Assembly: GCA_050250855.1 (NCBI GenBank)
Contig: JBFWNW010000004.1
Span: 32,001 to 96,000 of the forward strand
Reading direction: 5' to 3'
DNA from: Candidatus Babeliales bacterium
GTDB taxonomy: Bacteria; Babelota; Babeliae; Babelales; JACPOV01
DNA: 64,000 nucleotides
Shown piece by piece: positions 38,074 to 47,925 of this stretch. Each line of letters opens with the position of its first letter. Position 1 is the first letter of the stretch. The notes under the pieces were generated by a model. That model worked only from the letters and a program-made list of their open reading frames with translations. It was not told where the DNA came from and did not search any database. Position numbers and translations under genes: made by a program.

Positions 38074-38376
38074 ATGGCCTTGCCTAAGAGCTTTGTGGTT
38101 TTGCTTATGGTTTGCTCTATGAATCTTGTTGCTGCAGACTATATGACGGAAGAAGATTGGAGAAATGTTAAAATTTTAGAGATAAAAAAGCGTATAGCAG
38201 ATCATGATGAAGTATATACTGCCCTTGGTAATGAAAAAATTTTTCATGCTTCAAAAGATTGTTATGGAAACTATTATGCTTTTACAGAAACGCATGATAA
38301 AACAAATATAATGTTTATTTCTTTACCGCGCGTACTTTTTGATTTTCTTAAAAAACAAGCCGAGCAACAAGAATAG
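38074..38376 (+). CDS. Secreted hypothetical protein
   Basis: AAGGA before ATG 38074; signal ...LVA|AD. Confidence 0.65.
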   Translation: MALPKSFVVLLMVCSMNLVAADYMTEEDWRNVKILEIKKRIADHDEVYTALGNEKIFHASKDCYGNYYAFTETHDKTNIMFISLPRVLFDFLKKQAEQQE

Positions 38377-38377
38377 T

Positions 38378-40165
38378 TTACTTCGTTTTACTAAAAATAC
38401 GCACAATCAATAAAGAAATTGCCGCGGGCGTCATACCAGGAATAAGCGCTGCTTGCGCAATGGTTTTGGGCTGGTATTTAGCTAGTTTTTGTTGAAGCTC
38501 TTTTGAAAGTCCTGCAAGAGCAGAATAATCAACATGCGCAGGGATAACGAGCTCTTGATATTTTTCTGCTTTTTCAATTTCTTTTAACTCGCGTTGTATA
38601 TAGGGCTCATAGCGCAATTCAGCCCAGACAGAAAGTGCAGCACGATCATTGAGTTTGTGTTCTGTAGCTTCATGAATACGTGTTAAATTTTCCTCATCAC
38701 GGCCAAGAAGTTGAATTAATTCTTTATTGTTTTTACGCAATTGTGCTGCGGTTGCAAGTACCAGTTCATGTTCTGCTTTAATTACTTGATAAAGCTCTTC
38801 ATTAATCAAATTATAGGCATATGCTTTCTCTGCCAAGCGATAGAAAACATTATCTTGGCGCAAAATAAGTCTACGCTCAGCACGTGAGGTGAACATGCGA
38901 TACGGCTCATCAACGCTTAGAGTTACCAAATCATCAATCATAATGCCGATATAACTTTCATGGCGAGAAAGGATAAACGGTTCTTTGCCATGAGCTTTTT
39001 GATGCGCATTAATGCCAGCAATAAGTCCTTGCCCAGCAGCTTCTTCATAGCCGGTAGTGCCATTAATTTGTCCTGCCAAAAAAAGACCAGTGCAATTTTT
39101 TACTTCAAGCGTATGATGCAATTGATGCGGCAGTACAAAATCATATTCTACCGCGTAACCAGCTTTTGCAATTTCTGCATGTTCAAAGCCTGCAATACTG
39201 CGAATAAATTTTTCTTGCACCTCTAAAGGAAGTGACGTTGAAATACCATTTGGATAGAGTTCGTCATGGCGCGCTGTTTCCGGTTCAACAAAAATGTGAT
39301 GCGAGGTCTTATCCGGAAAGCGGGTAATTTTGTCTTCTATGGAAGGGCAGTACCGTGGCCCACGTGAAACTATGGTTTTTGATAAAATCGGTGAAAGGTG
39401 GGCGTAATTTTTTATAATTTCGTGTGCCGTTTCATTGGTGCGGGTAATGTAACAAGGAAGTTTATTAACAACCTGATGGCCTTCAAACTCAAAAAGATAG
39501 CTAAGTTCATCAGCTTCTTGGCATTCCATTTTTGAAAAATCTACTGTTTTTGCAACAAGGCGCGGCGGCGTTCCTGTTTTTAAGCGCCCAAGTTCAAGAC
39601 CCAAGGCTGCAATATTTTTAGAAAGACCGGTTACCGCTTGTTCACCGCGGCGGCCAGCTTGTTCTTGTTTGGTGCCGATATGAATTAAACCATTTAAGAA
39701 GGTGCCGGTTGTCAGAATTACGGTAGGTGCATGCAAGAGCGTGCCATCTTTAGTTTGAATACCCTGTACGCTTTTGCCAGAAAGCAAAAGCTGCTCAACA
39801 TGTCCTTCGTGAATAGTAAGATTTTCTGTTTTTTCTAAAGATTCGATACTGAGCTTATTGTACGCATCTTTATCAATTTGCAGTCGCAGCCCTTGTACGG
39901 CAGGGCCTTTTTTTGTATTGAGCATACGTGCTTGCAAATAGGTTTTGGTGCACAGCTTTGGCATAAGGCCACCCAAAGCACTAACTTCAAAAACAATATG
40001 GCCTTTGCCAATGCCGCCAATAGCAGGGTTGCACGGCATCCAGCCAATTTTTTGTTTATCAAGGGTAATGAGGGCAGTTTTTGAGCCTAAGCGTGCGGCA
40101 GCATATGCTGCTTCAATGCCTGCATGCCCACCACCTACAACAATAACATCATATACATTATTCAT
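38378..40165 (-). CDS. mnmG: tRNA uridine-5-carboxymethylaminomethyl synthesis enzyme
   Basis: GGGHAG, MPCNPAIGG, RLKTGTPPR, PRYCPSIEDK, GQINGTTGYEEAA. Confidence 0.97.
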   Translation of the reverse strand: MNNVYDVIVVGGGHAGIEAAYAAARLGSKTALITLDKQKIGWMPCNPAIGGIGKGHIVFEVSALGGLMPKLCTKTYLQARMLNTKKGPAVQGLRLQIDKDAYNKLSIESLEKTENLTIHEGHVEQLLLSGKSVQGIQTKDGTLLHAPTVILTTGTFLNGLIHIGTKQEQAGRRGEQAVTGLSKNIAALGLELGRLKTGTPPRLVAKTVDFSKMECQEADELSYLFEFEGHQVVNKLPCYITRTNETAHEIIKNYAHLSPILSKTIVSRGPRYCPSIEDKITRFPDKTSHHIFVEPETARHDELYPNGISTSLPLEVQEKFIRSIAGFEHAEIAKAGYAVEYDFVLPHQLHHTLEVKNCTGLFLAGQINGTTGYEEAAGQGLIAGINAHQKAHGKEPFILSRHESYIGIMIDDLVTLSVDEPYRMFTSRAERRLILRQDNVFYRLAEKAYAYNLINEELYQVIKAEHELVLATAAQLRKNNKELIQLLGRDEENLTRIHEATEHKLNDRAALSVWAELRYEPYIQRELKEIEKAEKYQELVIPAHVDYSALAGLSKELQQKLAKYQPKTIAQAALIPGMTPAAISLLIVRIFSKTK

Positions 40166-40195
40166 GGTACTATTCGTTAATTATTAAAAACATGA

Positions 40196-40228
40196 AAAAA
40201 GCCGTAGAAAACAATCTCTACGGCTTTA
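40196..40228 (-). terminator. Intrinsic terminator
   Basis: aaagccgtaga/tctacggcttt stem with T-run on minus strand. Confidence 0.75.
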
Positions 40229-40252
40229 ATTATAGCTTAGCTGATAGTTATT

Positions 40253-40867
40253 TTAAAGATTTTTCTTATCAAGAAACTCTTTTACAAGTCTTTTATTAAG
40301 TTCTAGCTTTTTTTCATCAAATAGCTCTTGTATTTTGTTTGCGCAGGAACTAGCACGTTGACTGGAAGGAAGATGATCCCTGGAATAATCAAGCACTTGT
40401 TGAGCTGTTAAAGCTTCTTTAGGCAGTGAGTAGTTTTCATGAGGGTTTCCTCCGGCTTGAAGTAAGAGGTGGAGACCAGCTAAAGGACATTGTTTAGTTA
40501 AGACTGTTTGAATAAGAGTTGAATAAACAGTCTCTCCCATAATATCTTTTGTATAATCAAGATGAGTATCATATTTTGGTATTACTGTGTTGGGGTGATA
40601 ACCTAAATCAAGAGCATTAAGAGCCCCTTCTCTAGGATCAATCAATATGGAGATTCTTAAATCTCTTAAGGAACTCTTTGTTGCGAAATCGAAAAGTTCT
40701 TTACTTTCTTGACAATAAAATGAATTTTCATTACGTAGGCAGCTTGACGCATAATTATTTTTTAGTTTTTGCAGAATCTTTTTTGTTTTTTGGAGATCTG
40801 AATTTTGCTCTGAAGCCTGAGCTGCAGCTAGAGAAAGTAGTAATAATAGCGCTAAACATTTTTTCAT
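40253..40867 (-). CDS. Secreted paralog family protein (copy 3 of 3)
   Basis: MKKCLALLLLLSL leader; LG.HPNT, CPLAGL, LTAQ, KIQELFD. Confidence 0.85.
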   Translation of the reverse strand: MKKCLALLLLLSLAAAQASEQNSDLQKTKKILQKLKNNYASSCLRNENSFYCQESKELFDFATKSSLRDLRISILIDPREGALNALDLGYHPNTVIPKYDTHLDYTKDIMGETVYSTLIQTVLTKQCPLAGLHLLLQAGGNPHENYSLPKEALTAQQVLDYSRDHLPSSQRASSCANKIQELFDEKKLELNKRLVKEFLDKKNL

Positions 40868-41551
40868 GATTTATAATTCCTATATTAGTAGAGATTAAAG
40901 CTTTGTTTTATCAAATAGCTCTTGTATTTTATCCATGCATGAATTAACTTCATGATGTTTTTTAGAATAGTTATCTCTGTATTGCTGCTCTCCATTAAGA
41001 AATTCTTGAGCAGTCAAAATAGGAGGAAAGCTAGGTTCTTTTCCTTGTCTTTTAGCTTCTTTATGCAAAGGATGGTTAGCCATTTTATTAGGATTTCCAC
41101 CATTTTTAATTAAGAGTTGAAGGCCAGCTAAAGGACATTCTTTTTTATAATATGCTTCTTCAAGGGTTCCCCATGCGGTATGGCCTAGAATATCAGTCTC
41201 TCCCCATGGAATATAATGCTTAGGCATTAACGTATTAGGTTTGGCTCCTAAGGTAAGAGCTAATGAAGCTCCTTTTTCTGGATTAGCATGGATGGTATCT
41301 AATAATGAACGTACAGCTTTCTTTTTTTCAGAACTATAGAGAAGCTTACATGTTGTGTATTCAGAAGACTCTTTTCCCAGAGTAGTTTTAAGAGATTCAC
41401 ACTTGCTTTTTTGTTCAAGCAGCTCTTTTCTTTTTTCTTCCATTTTTTTACGCATATCTTCTGAAGCCTGAGCAGCCGATAAAGAAAGTAGTAATAATAG
41501 CGCTAAACATTTTTTCATGATTTATAATTCCTATATTAGTAGAGATTAAAG
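40809..41551. repeat. 92-bp direct repeats (40809-40900, 41460-41551): upstream stop + intergenic + signal peptide
   Basis: 88/92 identical, including 69 consecutive identical nt. Confidence 0.93.
40895..41518 (-). CDS. Secreted paralog family protein (copy 2 of 3)
   Basis: Same leader and motifs. Confidence 0.85.
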   Translation of the reverse strand: MKKCLALLLLLSLSAAQASEDMRKKMEEKRKELLEQKSKCESLKTTLGKESSEYTTCKLLYSSEKKKAVRSLLDTIHANPEKGASLALTLGAKPNTLMPKHYIPWGETDILGHTAWGTLEEAYYKKECPLAGLQLLIKNGGNPNKMANHPLHKEAKRQGKEPSFPPILTAQEFLNGEQQYRDNYSKKHHEVNSCMDKIQELFDKTKL

Positions 41552-42160
41552 ATTTTTCTTATTAACTAACTGTTTTCTTTTATCAAGTCTCTGCTTTTTT
41601 TCATCAAACAATTCTTGTATTTGGTTAGCGCAAGAAATAACAGGTTTTGTTTTATAATCAGAGTCTGCTCTCAAGCTTGTTAGAAGCTCTTGAGCTGTTA
41701 AAGTTCTAACATTGTTTTCGCTAAAGCTTGATCCTGGGATCTGTAATAGAGACCCTGTTTTATGCCAAGCGTAAGTTTTTGTTGCATTAGGATCGCCTTT
41801 TTTTTGAAGTAAAAGCTTAAGTCCTTCGAGGGGGCATTCTTCTATAGACTTAGCTCGCGTAAGAATTGAAAAAGTAGTGGCGCCCATAACATCAGTATCT
41901 TCTTTTTTATCAAAAGGCAAAATGATCGGCACCACAGTATTTGGATGAATCCCTAAATCAATGGCTGTTTTTGCACCATGATCAGGGTCCAATAAGATCA
42001 TTAATGTTCCAAGTCCTAGGGTTTGAATATTATTTACATGACGAGTCAATTTTTCATGATCTTTTTCCAATTTTTGCAATTCAGCTTTTCTTGTTTGTTC
42101 GTCCATAGCCTGAGCAGCAGATAAAGAAAGTAGTAACAGTAATGCTAAACATTTTTTCAT
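41546..42160 (-). CDS. Secreted paralog family protein (copy 1 of 3)
   Basis: Same leader (AQA|MDE) and motifs; alternative start 42178. Confidence 0.85.
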   Translation of the reverse strand: MKKCLALLLLLSLSAAQAMDEQTRKAELQKLEKDHEKLTRHVNNIQTLGLGTLMILLDPDHGAKTAIDLGIHPNTVVPIILPFDKKEDTDVMGATTFSILTRAKSIEECPLEGLKLLLQKKGDPNATKTYAWHKTGSLLQIPGSSFSENNVRTLTAQELLTSLRADSDYKTKPVISCANQIQELFDEKKQRLDKRKQLVNKKNL

Positions 42161-42204
42161 AGTTATTTCTCTTTTCATAGTTATAGGGCCTCCATTTCCC
42201 CGTT

Positions 42205-42990
42205 TTATTCAAAATACTCTTTGATAGAATCTTTTAAGAATGCAGCAACAATACAGATTTTTTCCCAGAGCGTTTGATCAAATTCGCTTTGGTCAAAGAA
42301 TTCAGTTGTTATTTCAACAGCTTCTCCGGCTTGTTCAGGCTGTACTTCTTCTGTTGGGGTTTCTTCTTGAGCTGCTTTTTTTGTTTGTGTGGATAGTTCT
42401 TCTTGAACTGCAGGTTCTTCAGTCACAACAAGTTCTTGAGCTACTGATTGAGCATCTTGTGCTGTTTGATCTTGAATAACTTCTTCAAGTATCGCAACAA
42501 CTGCTTTTTCTTGTTCTTCTGTTGCTAAAGATTCTTCTGCTTCTCCCGCTGCATTAGGATTAACTGGTTTTACATTCAAGCGTTTGAGTAAGCGAGCATG
42601 TAGCTGAAGAAGTATTTTTTTGAATGAATCTGGCATGAAAACTTTATATTTAAATAATGTTTTCTTAACCTGATCAATTTCTCGTGCTGATGCAGTTCTC
42701 ATTCCCTGCGCATCATGCAAGAAATTGTTAATCATAGAGCCAAATTTTTCTTCAAGGAGCTTTTTATTGTCATCTACCAGTTTGATAAGTTCATCAACAA
42801 AAAAGCTGAACGGTTGAGAGCTGTGTTTTGTTTGTTTTACGTAAACACACACTTCTAAGAGTTCATATATCTGTTTTCTGATTTCATCTACCGTAACATA
42901 TTGATTACAGAGAATGCTTTCAGAAAATGAGGCCGATGCAAGCATCGTCAGGAAGATAGTTTTTTTGTAAAGGTTCTTGTTGAATTTCAT
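42205..42990 (-). CDS. Hypothetical protein with acidic low-complexity C-terminus
   Basis: AAGGA before ATG 42990; signal-like leader; E/Q/A-rich tail. Confidence 0.7.
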   Translation of the reverse strand: MKFNKNLYKKTIFLTMLASASFSESILCNQYVTVDEIRKQIYELLEVCVYVKQTKHSSQPFSFFVDELIKLVDDNKKLLEEKFGSMINNFLHDAQGMRTASAREIDQVKKTLFKYKVFMPDSFKKILLQLHARLLKRLNVKPVNPNAAGEAEESLATEEQEKAVVAILEEVIQDQTAQDAQSVAQELVVTEEPAVQEELSTQTKKAAQEETPTEEVQPEQAGEAVEITTEFFDQSEFDQTLWEKICIVAAFLKDSIKEYFE

Positions 42991-43396
42991 TAAGTGTCCT
43001 TTCAATTTCATTTCTATCGAAATAATCGGCTTTAAAAATCTTTGTTATTAAGCCTTGTTTATATAGCTGTCAAAATTTCTCTTAGCATCTCCCAGTTTAA
43101 AGAGGTTCAAAATATTGTCAAAAGGGCTGGCTGCTAAGGCCTTTTTAACCTGTTTTTACCTTTTTTGGGGAGTTGAGTATCACAAAAAGTACCCGAATTT
43201 TTACAAAAAATAAAGGTTTTATTTAAAAAGATTTTTGTTATTAGTTTCAAATTGAAATAATCAACAAGGGTTGGTGTGTTTTGTGTTTCAAAGTAGGCAA
43301 TAATAAGCTTAGTATTGTGCTTTGCGTAGAACTATTTAGACTAAACAATGATGATTTTTTTTCTGGGTATAAACAGGCTAAATTATTGAATCTAAG

Positions 43397-43512
43397 AGTT
43401 TGTCCGTAAATTATTAATTATCGTTCGAATGCTTCGACAGGCTCAGCACGAACGGTTTTAATGTAAAGTATTGCCTCTCCGTTCGCCCTGAGCTTGTCGA
43501 AGGGTGCGAACG
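43397..43512. repeat. REP-like doublet, family A, with one TIR-like end
   Basis: agtttgtccgtaaattattaatt-cgttcgaatgcttcgacaggctcagcacgaacgg..ccgttcgccctgagcttgtcgaaggg. Confidence 0.88.
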
Positions 43513-43528
43513 TAATTAAGGAAAACCT

Positions 43529-44590
43529 ATGCTTTTTCATCTGGCTGCATACCTGCAGCATTCATTATCGGCATTGAATGTAATCCATTACGTGAGCTTT
43601 CGTGCCATGGCCGCATTGCTGACATCGTTACTCTGTTCTTTTTTGTTTGGTACGGCATTTATTGAAATATCAAGAAGGCTATTTCGTTCAAAGGCGCGTG
43701 AATGGACACCAGAAATGCATCGAAGTAAAGATAATATGCCAACCATGGGTGGTATTTTTATTTTATCAGTGGTGACCTTCAATAGTTTATTGTGGTGCAA
43801 CTTAGCAAAAGTTCATGTATGGCTTTTTTTAGCGTGTATGTTTAGTTTCGGTGCTCTTGGTTTTTGGGATGATTGGCAAAAAATAAAAAAGCATAAAGGT
43901 ATTCCTGCGCGTACTAAATTTTTATGGCAACTTTGTGTTGCGCTCTTTTTTATAACTGCTTTAATAAAAACAGGATTGTCCCAAGAAATTAGTTTTCCTT
44001 TTTTTAAATGGTTGCACCCAGATCTTGGGTGGTTATTTATTCCTTGGGCCGTTTTTATTATCGTTGGGTGTAGTAATGCCGTTAATTTGACCGATGGTCT
44101 TGATGGGCTTGCTATTACTTCACTTATTCCCAATTTCGCTACCTTTTCTTTGATCTGTTATCTTGCTGGTAATTATAAAATAGCAAACTATCTACATATT
44201 CCTTTTGCCGATAGTGCTGAAATAGTTGTCATTGGTGCTACGTTAGTGGGGGCTTCACTTGGTTTTTTGTGGTACAACACGTACCCAGCACAAATTTTTA
44301 TGGGCGATATTGGTTCACTTGCTCTTGGTGCAGCACTTGCCTTAATGGCGCTTCTCTGCAAACAAGAACTTCTTTTGGTGATTTCAGGAGGTTTATTTGT
44401 AGTAGAAGCACTTTCTGTTATTGTGCAGGTAGCATCATACCGATGGTTTGGCAAACGTATGTTTAAAATGGCACCAATTCACCATCACTTTGAACTGATT
44501 GGTTGGCAAGAATCAAAAATTACTATGCGCTTTGGAATTATCTCTCTTATCTTGTGCTTGATTGCCTTAATGACGCTGAAGATGCGTTAA
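43529..44590 (+). CDS. mraY: Phospho-N-acetylmuramoyl-pentapeptide transferase
   Basis: PTMGG, DD, NAVNLTDGLDGLA, FMGDIGS, MAPIHHHFE. Confidence 0.97.
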   Translation: MLFHLAAYLQHSLSALNVIHYVSFRAMAALLTSLLCSFLFGTAFIEISRRLFRSKAREWTPEMHRSKDNMPTMGGIFILSVVTFNSLLWCNLAKVHVWLFLACMFSFGALGFWDDWQKIKKHKGIPARTKFLWQLCVALFFITALIKTGLSQEISFPFFKWLHPDLGWLFIPWAVFIIVGCSNAVNLTDGLDGLAITSLIPNFATFSLICYLAGNYKIANYLHIPFADSAEIVVIGATLVGASLGFLWYNTYPAQIFMGDIGSLALGAALALMALLCKQELLLVISGGLFVVEALSVIVQVASYRWFGKRMFKMAPIHHHFELIGWQESKITMRFGIISLILCLIALMTLKMR

Positions 44591-45875
44591 TTTTTTTAAT
44601 AAAAAACATAATACAACCAGTTCCTACTGTCACTAAAAACGCAGCAAGATAAAAAAACCCTTGGTGCGTGAAATTACGAATGCATAACGTAAAAAGGATA
44701 AGTACACTTATGCAGCCAAGTACAGGAAGAGCAATGGGAGCTAAATTTTCCTGTTTTTTGTAATCATGCACGAGTAATCCTGCACAACTCAATAAGAATG
44801 CAATAGAAAGCGCAAAGATACTTATTTGCTGTAATACTATTTGCTGAGCGCCGGTCAAGATTAGATAACTTATGCAAATAAATCCTTCAGCAAGAATACA
44901 CAAAAAAGGAATGCCGTACTTATTTTTTGCAACAAATGATGGTGCATAAAAAATATGATTATGCTGTGCAAGAATATAAAGATTCCATGCGTTACTTAAA
45001 ATCATGCCATAGCTCCCGCCCAATGCTGCCGTAGCAGCTGCAATATGAACTATATTTGCAAGATGAATACTCAAGGCAGAAGAGCCCAGCACGGCATTAA
45101 AGAATGAAGGAAAAACAGCAAGGAAATTTTCTTTACCAAAAAGTATTGATCCTAGCGCTAACGATGTTAAAAGCTGATACATAATGGTAATGCTAATAGT
45201 AGCTAAGAATGAATATAAAATTGCTTTGCGCGCATTCTTTTCTGGATTTTGTATAGTAAGGCTCAATGAGCAGGCTGTTTCAAAGCCAACAAATGCGTAG
45301 AGCACTAAAGGAATAGTTTTTGGAATACCGTCCCACAATAATAATGTTTCTGGCGCATGCCAATGGCCAAAAAGATAAAGACTGCTCAGGATAGCAATAA
45401 CGATGGGGGTGGCTTTTAAGAAAATAAAACCATACATAATTTTGGTGCCCGTTTGCAGCGCATAATGGTTGAGCCACATAAAAAGGGCAATAATGCAGCT
45501 ATCAATAAAGAATGCTGGCAGGAGCGCAAGGGCAGGGATAATGCTTTGTATGAGCATCGTGAAAATGTGAATGAGCAATGCGGTGGAGGCGAGCTTGCCG
45601 ATAAAATAAGACCATGCACTTAAAAAGCCAAAAAAGGGTGAAATTGTTCTGGCAGCATACACATAAAAGCCACCTTCAGGAAATTTTTTAATAAGCGTTG
45701 TAATGGAAAAAATAATGGGTAATAAAATAATCGCGGCCACGCAGTAACTAACAAAGCTTAAAATACCGGCAAAGTTAATAAGATTGACCGTATTAATAAA
45801 AACACCACTACCAAACATAACGTTGATATTAATAAGAATTGCTTGGCCCAGCGTAAGTTTCTCTTGTTTATTCAT
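44547..45875 (-). CDS. APC family amino acid permease
   Basis: GSGVF, GGFYVY, YAFVGFE, NPEKN; about 12 TM; ATG 45875 overlaps upstream stop. Confidence 0.9.
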   Translation of the reverse strand: MNKQEKLTLGQAILININVMFGSGVFINTVNLINFAGILSFVSYCVAAIILLPIIFSITTLIKKFPEGGFYVYAARTISPFFGFLSAWSYFIGKLASTALLIHIFTMLIQSIIPALALLPAFFIDSCIIALFMWLNHYALQTGTKIMYGFIFLKATPIVIAILSSLYLFGHWHAPETLLLWDGIPKTIPLVLYAFVGFETACSLSLTIQNPEKNARKAILYSFLATISITIMYQLLTSLALGSILFGKENFLAVFPSFFNAVLGSSALSIHLANIVHIAAATAALGGSYGMILSNAWNLYILAQHNHIFYAPSFVAKNKYGIPFLCILAEGFICISYLILTGAQQIVLQQISIFALSIAFLLSCAGLLVHDYKKQENLAPIALPVLGCISVLILFTLCIRNFTHQGFFYLAAFLVTVGTGCIMFFIKKINASSASLRQSSTR

Positions 45876-46615
45876 TATTTGCTCCACAATTCATACATGG
45901 CAATTGAGCCAGCAACGGCAGCATTTAAACTCTCTACGTTACCTGGCATAGAGAGCGTGATAGTTTGCTCGCATTCTTTGAGCCATGCAGAGCGAATGCC
46001 ACGAGCTTCGTTGCCTATTACCAAAAGTACCTTTTTATCAATGGTTTCTAGCGAACTACCACCATGTACAATAAGCGCAGCCAGCGCAAGATTTTTTTTG
46101 TGATCCATAAGCTCTTGCCAGGTGCATTGAAAAAGAGTTGCTTTGCCGATGGTGCCAGCAGATGCTTGAATAACTTTTGGATTCCAAGGATCAACACCTT
46201 CAACAATAACAATAGTTTTTTTTCCCATGGCAATGCAAGTGCGAATTAAGGTTCCCATGTTGCCTGGATCGGTAATATCAGCAAGAACAATGCCAGCATC
46301 TAATTGAGCAAATGGCGGTTGCTTTGGTAATGTAAATACGCCTACAATGCCGCTTGGCGTGCTAGCAGCGCTTATTTTTTCCATGACGGGTCGAGAAACA
46401 ATAGTAATAAGATTTTCATCAACAAACGTATCAACTTTATCAATGCTTTCTTCTGTTACATAGATTTGCAAAAGTTTTACTTCTGCTTCAAGCAATGTTT
46501 GGCAAATACGCAGGCCTTCGGCAAGAAAGCGTTTTTCTGTGTAACGCTTTTTAGCATCATGAAGCTTGGCCAGGTTAATGATTTCAGGATTTTGGCGAGA
46601 GGTTATTTTTTTCAT
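45875..46615 (-). CDS. TrmH/SpoU family RNA methyltransferase
   Basis: ITSRQN, DPGNMGTLIRT, GNEARGI, ESLNAAVA. Confidence 0.93.
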   Translation of the reverse strand: MKKITSRQNPEIINLAKLHDAKKRYTEKRFLAEGLRICQTLLEAEVKLLQIYVTEESIDKVDTFVDENLITIVSRPVMEKISAASTPSGIVGVFTLPKQPPFAQLDAGIVLADITDPGNMGTLIRTCIAMGKKTIVIVEGVDPWNPKVIQASAGTIGKATLFQCTWQELMDHKKNLALAALIVHGGSSLETIDKKVLLVIGNEARGIRSAWLKECEQTITLSMPGNVESLNAAVAGSIAMYELWSK

Positions 46616-46631
46616 AAATTTTTATTCATTA

Positions 46632-46716
46632 GTTCGCACCCTTCGACAAGCTCAGGGCGAACGTGGGACTTATAAAAATAACCGTTCGTGCTGAGCTCGT
46701 CGAAGTATACGAACGG
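46632..46716. repeat. REP-like doublet, family A
   Basis: gttcgcacccttcgacaagctcagggcgaacg..ccgttcgtgctgagctcgtcgaag. Confidence 0.9.
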
Positions 46717-46842
46717 TTTGAAATGTCTGTAATTAGTCTAGCAAAGGCTTATGAAAAAGCTATGAAGATTTGAAATAAAGGGTTTTTAGCTTTAAACTAT
46801 GAAAGCAGTTTTTACATAATAGTTAACAACCAAGGAGTTTCT

Positions 46843-47259
46843 GTGGAATTTAAAAGAATATTCTTTTTTGCTTTTTTCTTAAATTTTGCCTGTGTATCCC
46901 TAAACATGGAGCAGCACAATTTAGTGCAAGAGGATAAAATATCTTTTATTGCAATTCTTGGAAAACTGAGCAGAAAAGAGGAACTAACTTTAAAAGAGCG
47001 AGAAAAATTTGAAATGTATCGCAATTGTATTGTTGGTAGCGTTGCAAGTGTAAGCTTTTTTTATCTTACGCCTCCATTTGGTTTTGGAGCTTTGTTTTGT
47101 ACAACGTGGAAAGGATTATGTGCAGCTGCAGGAACGGTAGGTGTTTTTGAGCTGATGAGAAATTATAGCTGGGAAGATATTAAAGAGAAGGCAGATAAAA
47201 TTATCGCAGACTTTAAATCTCATGCTGAAGAGTCTTCGCACGATAATATTGCATTATAA
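46843..47259 (+). CDS. Secreted/membrane hypothetical protein
   Basis: AAGGAG + GTG; signal ...SLN|MEQ; Gly-rich hydrophobic hairpin. Confidence 0.7.
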   Translation: MEFKRIFFFAFFLNFACVSLNMEQHNLVQEDKISFIAILGKLSRKEELTLKEREKFEMYRNCIVGSVASVSFFYLTPPFGFGALFCTTWKGLCAAAGTVGVFELMRNYSWEDIKEKADKIIADFKSHAEESSHDNIAL

Positions 47260-47330
47260 AACAGTGTAGACTTGCTAGAATGATTTTTTAGGTGAATAAG
47301 CTCTTAAATAATTAGGTGACCGAAAAGAGA

Positions 47331-47804
47331 TTATGGTTCCAAAGTTAATTCTGGAGCTTTAAGCGTAACGGCTACATGATACTTACCGTGTACCCCTTGT
47401 TCTTCATAATCTTTTTTGTTTTTATATATTCTTTCAATACTTATTTCTTGCTGAGACTGAGATGAAGATAGGTAGGCTTTTGCACTAAAGTCAGTTCCCA
47501 AATCTGAGACAAGCAGTGTTAATTCATACTTTTCTTTTGAATTTTTTGGAGCATTTAAAGGTGTTAGTGTTGCGGCAAAAATGGCATATTTGTTTGCCAT
47601 GAGCTTAGAGAGAGGGAAATCTATTCCTCTTGCTATCTTCCCTGGATTCAATGGAAAGATTTTATCACTTAGGGTTACCTCAAAATTTTTATTCGTTTCA
47701 TTTTTAATGGTCAACGTAGCGCTGAGCTCTTTTTTTTGTTCTGCTCCGAAGAGTTGAGTGGTTATAAGGGCTAAGCCGATCATACTATATTTTATTATTT
47801 TCAT
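47331..47804 (-). CDS. Secreted hypothetical beta-rich protein
   Basis: Signal ...LFG|AE; LTIKNET. Confidence 0.7.
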   Translation of the reverse strand: MKIIKYSMIGLALITTQLFGAEQKKELSATLTIKNETNKNFEVTLSDKIFPLNPGKIARGIDFPLSKLMANKYAIFAATLTPLNAPKNSKEKYELTLLVSDLGTDFSAKAYLSSSQSQQEISIERIYKNKKDYEEQGVHGKYHVAVTLKAPELTLEP

Positions 47805-47925
47805 ACTATTTTTCTTTTTTTAATAATATTATCTCATTATTTTTTATTGTAACAAAATAGGGACTGGTAAGGCAATGAAGTGCTTAAAAAAGCCTGTTTT
47901 TCAGCAAAAAAACCTGATTTTGGTC

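Noticed and set aside
46737..47279. 8-bp inverted match tctagcaa/ttgctaga flanking ORF 46843
   Set aside because: Too short, with no target duplication; expected by chance.
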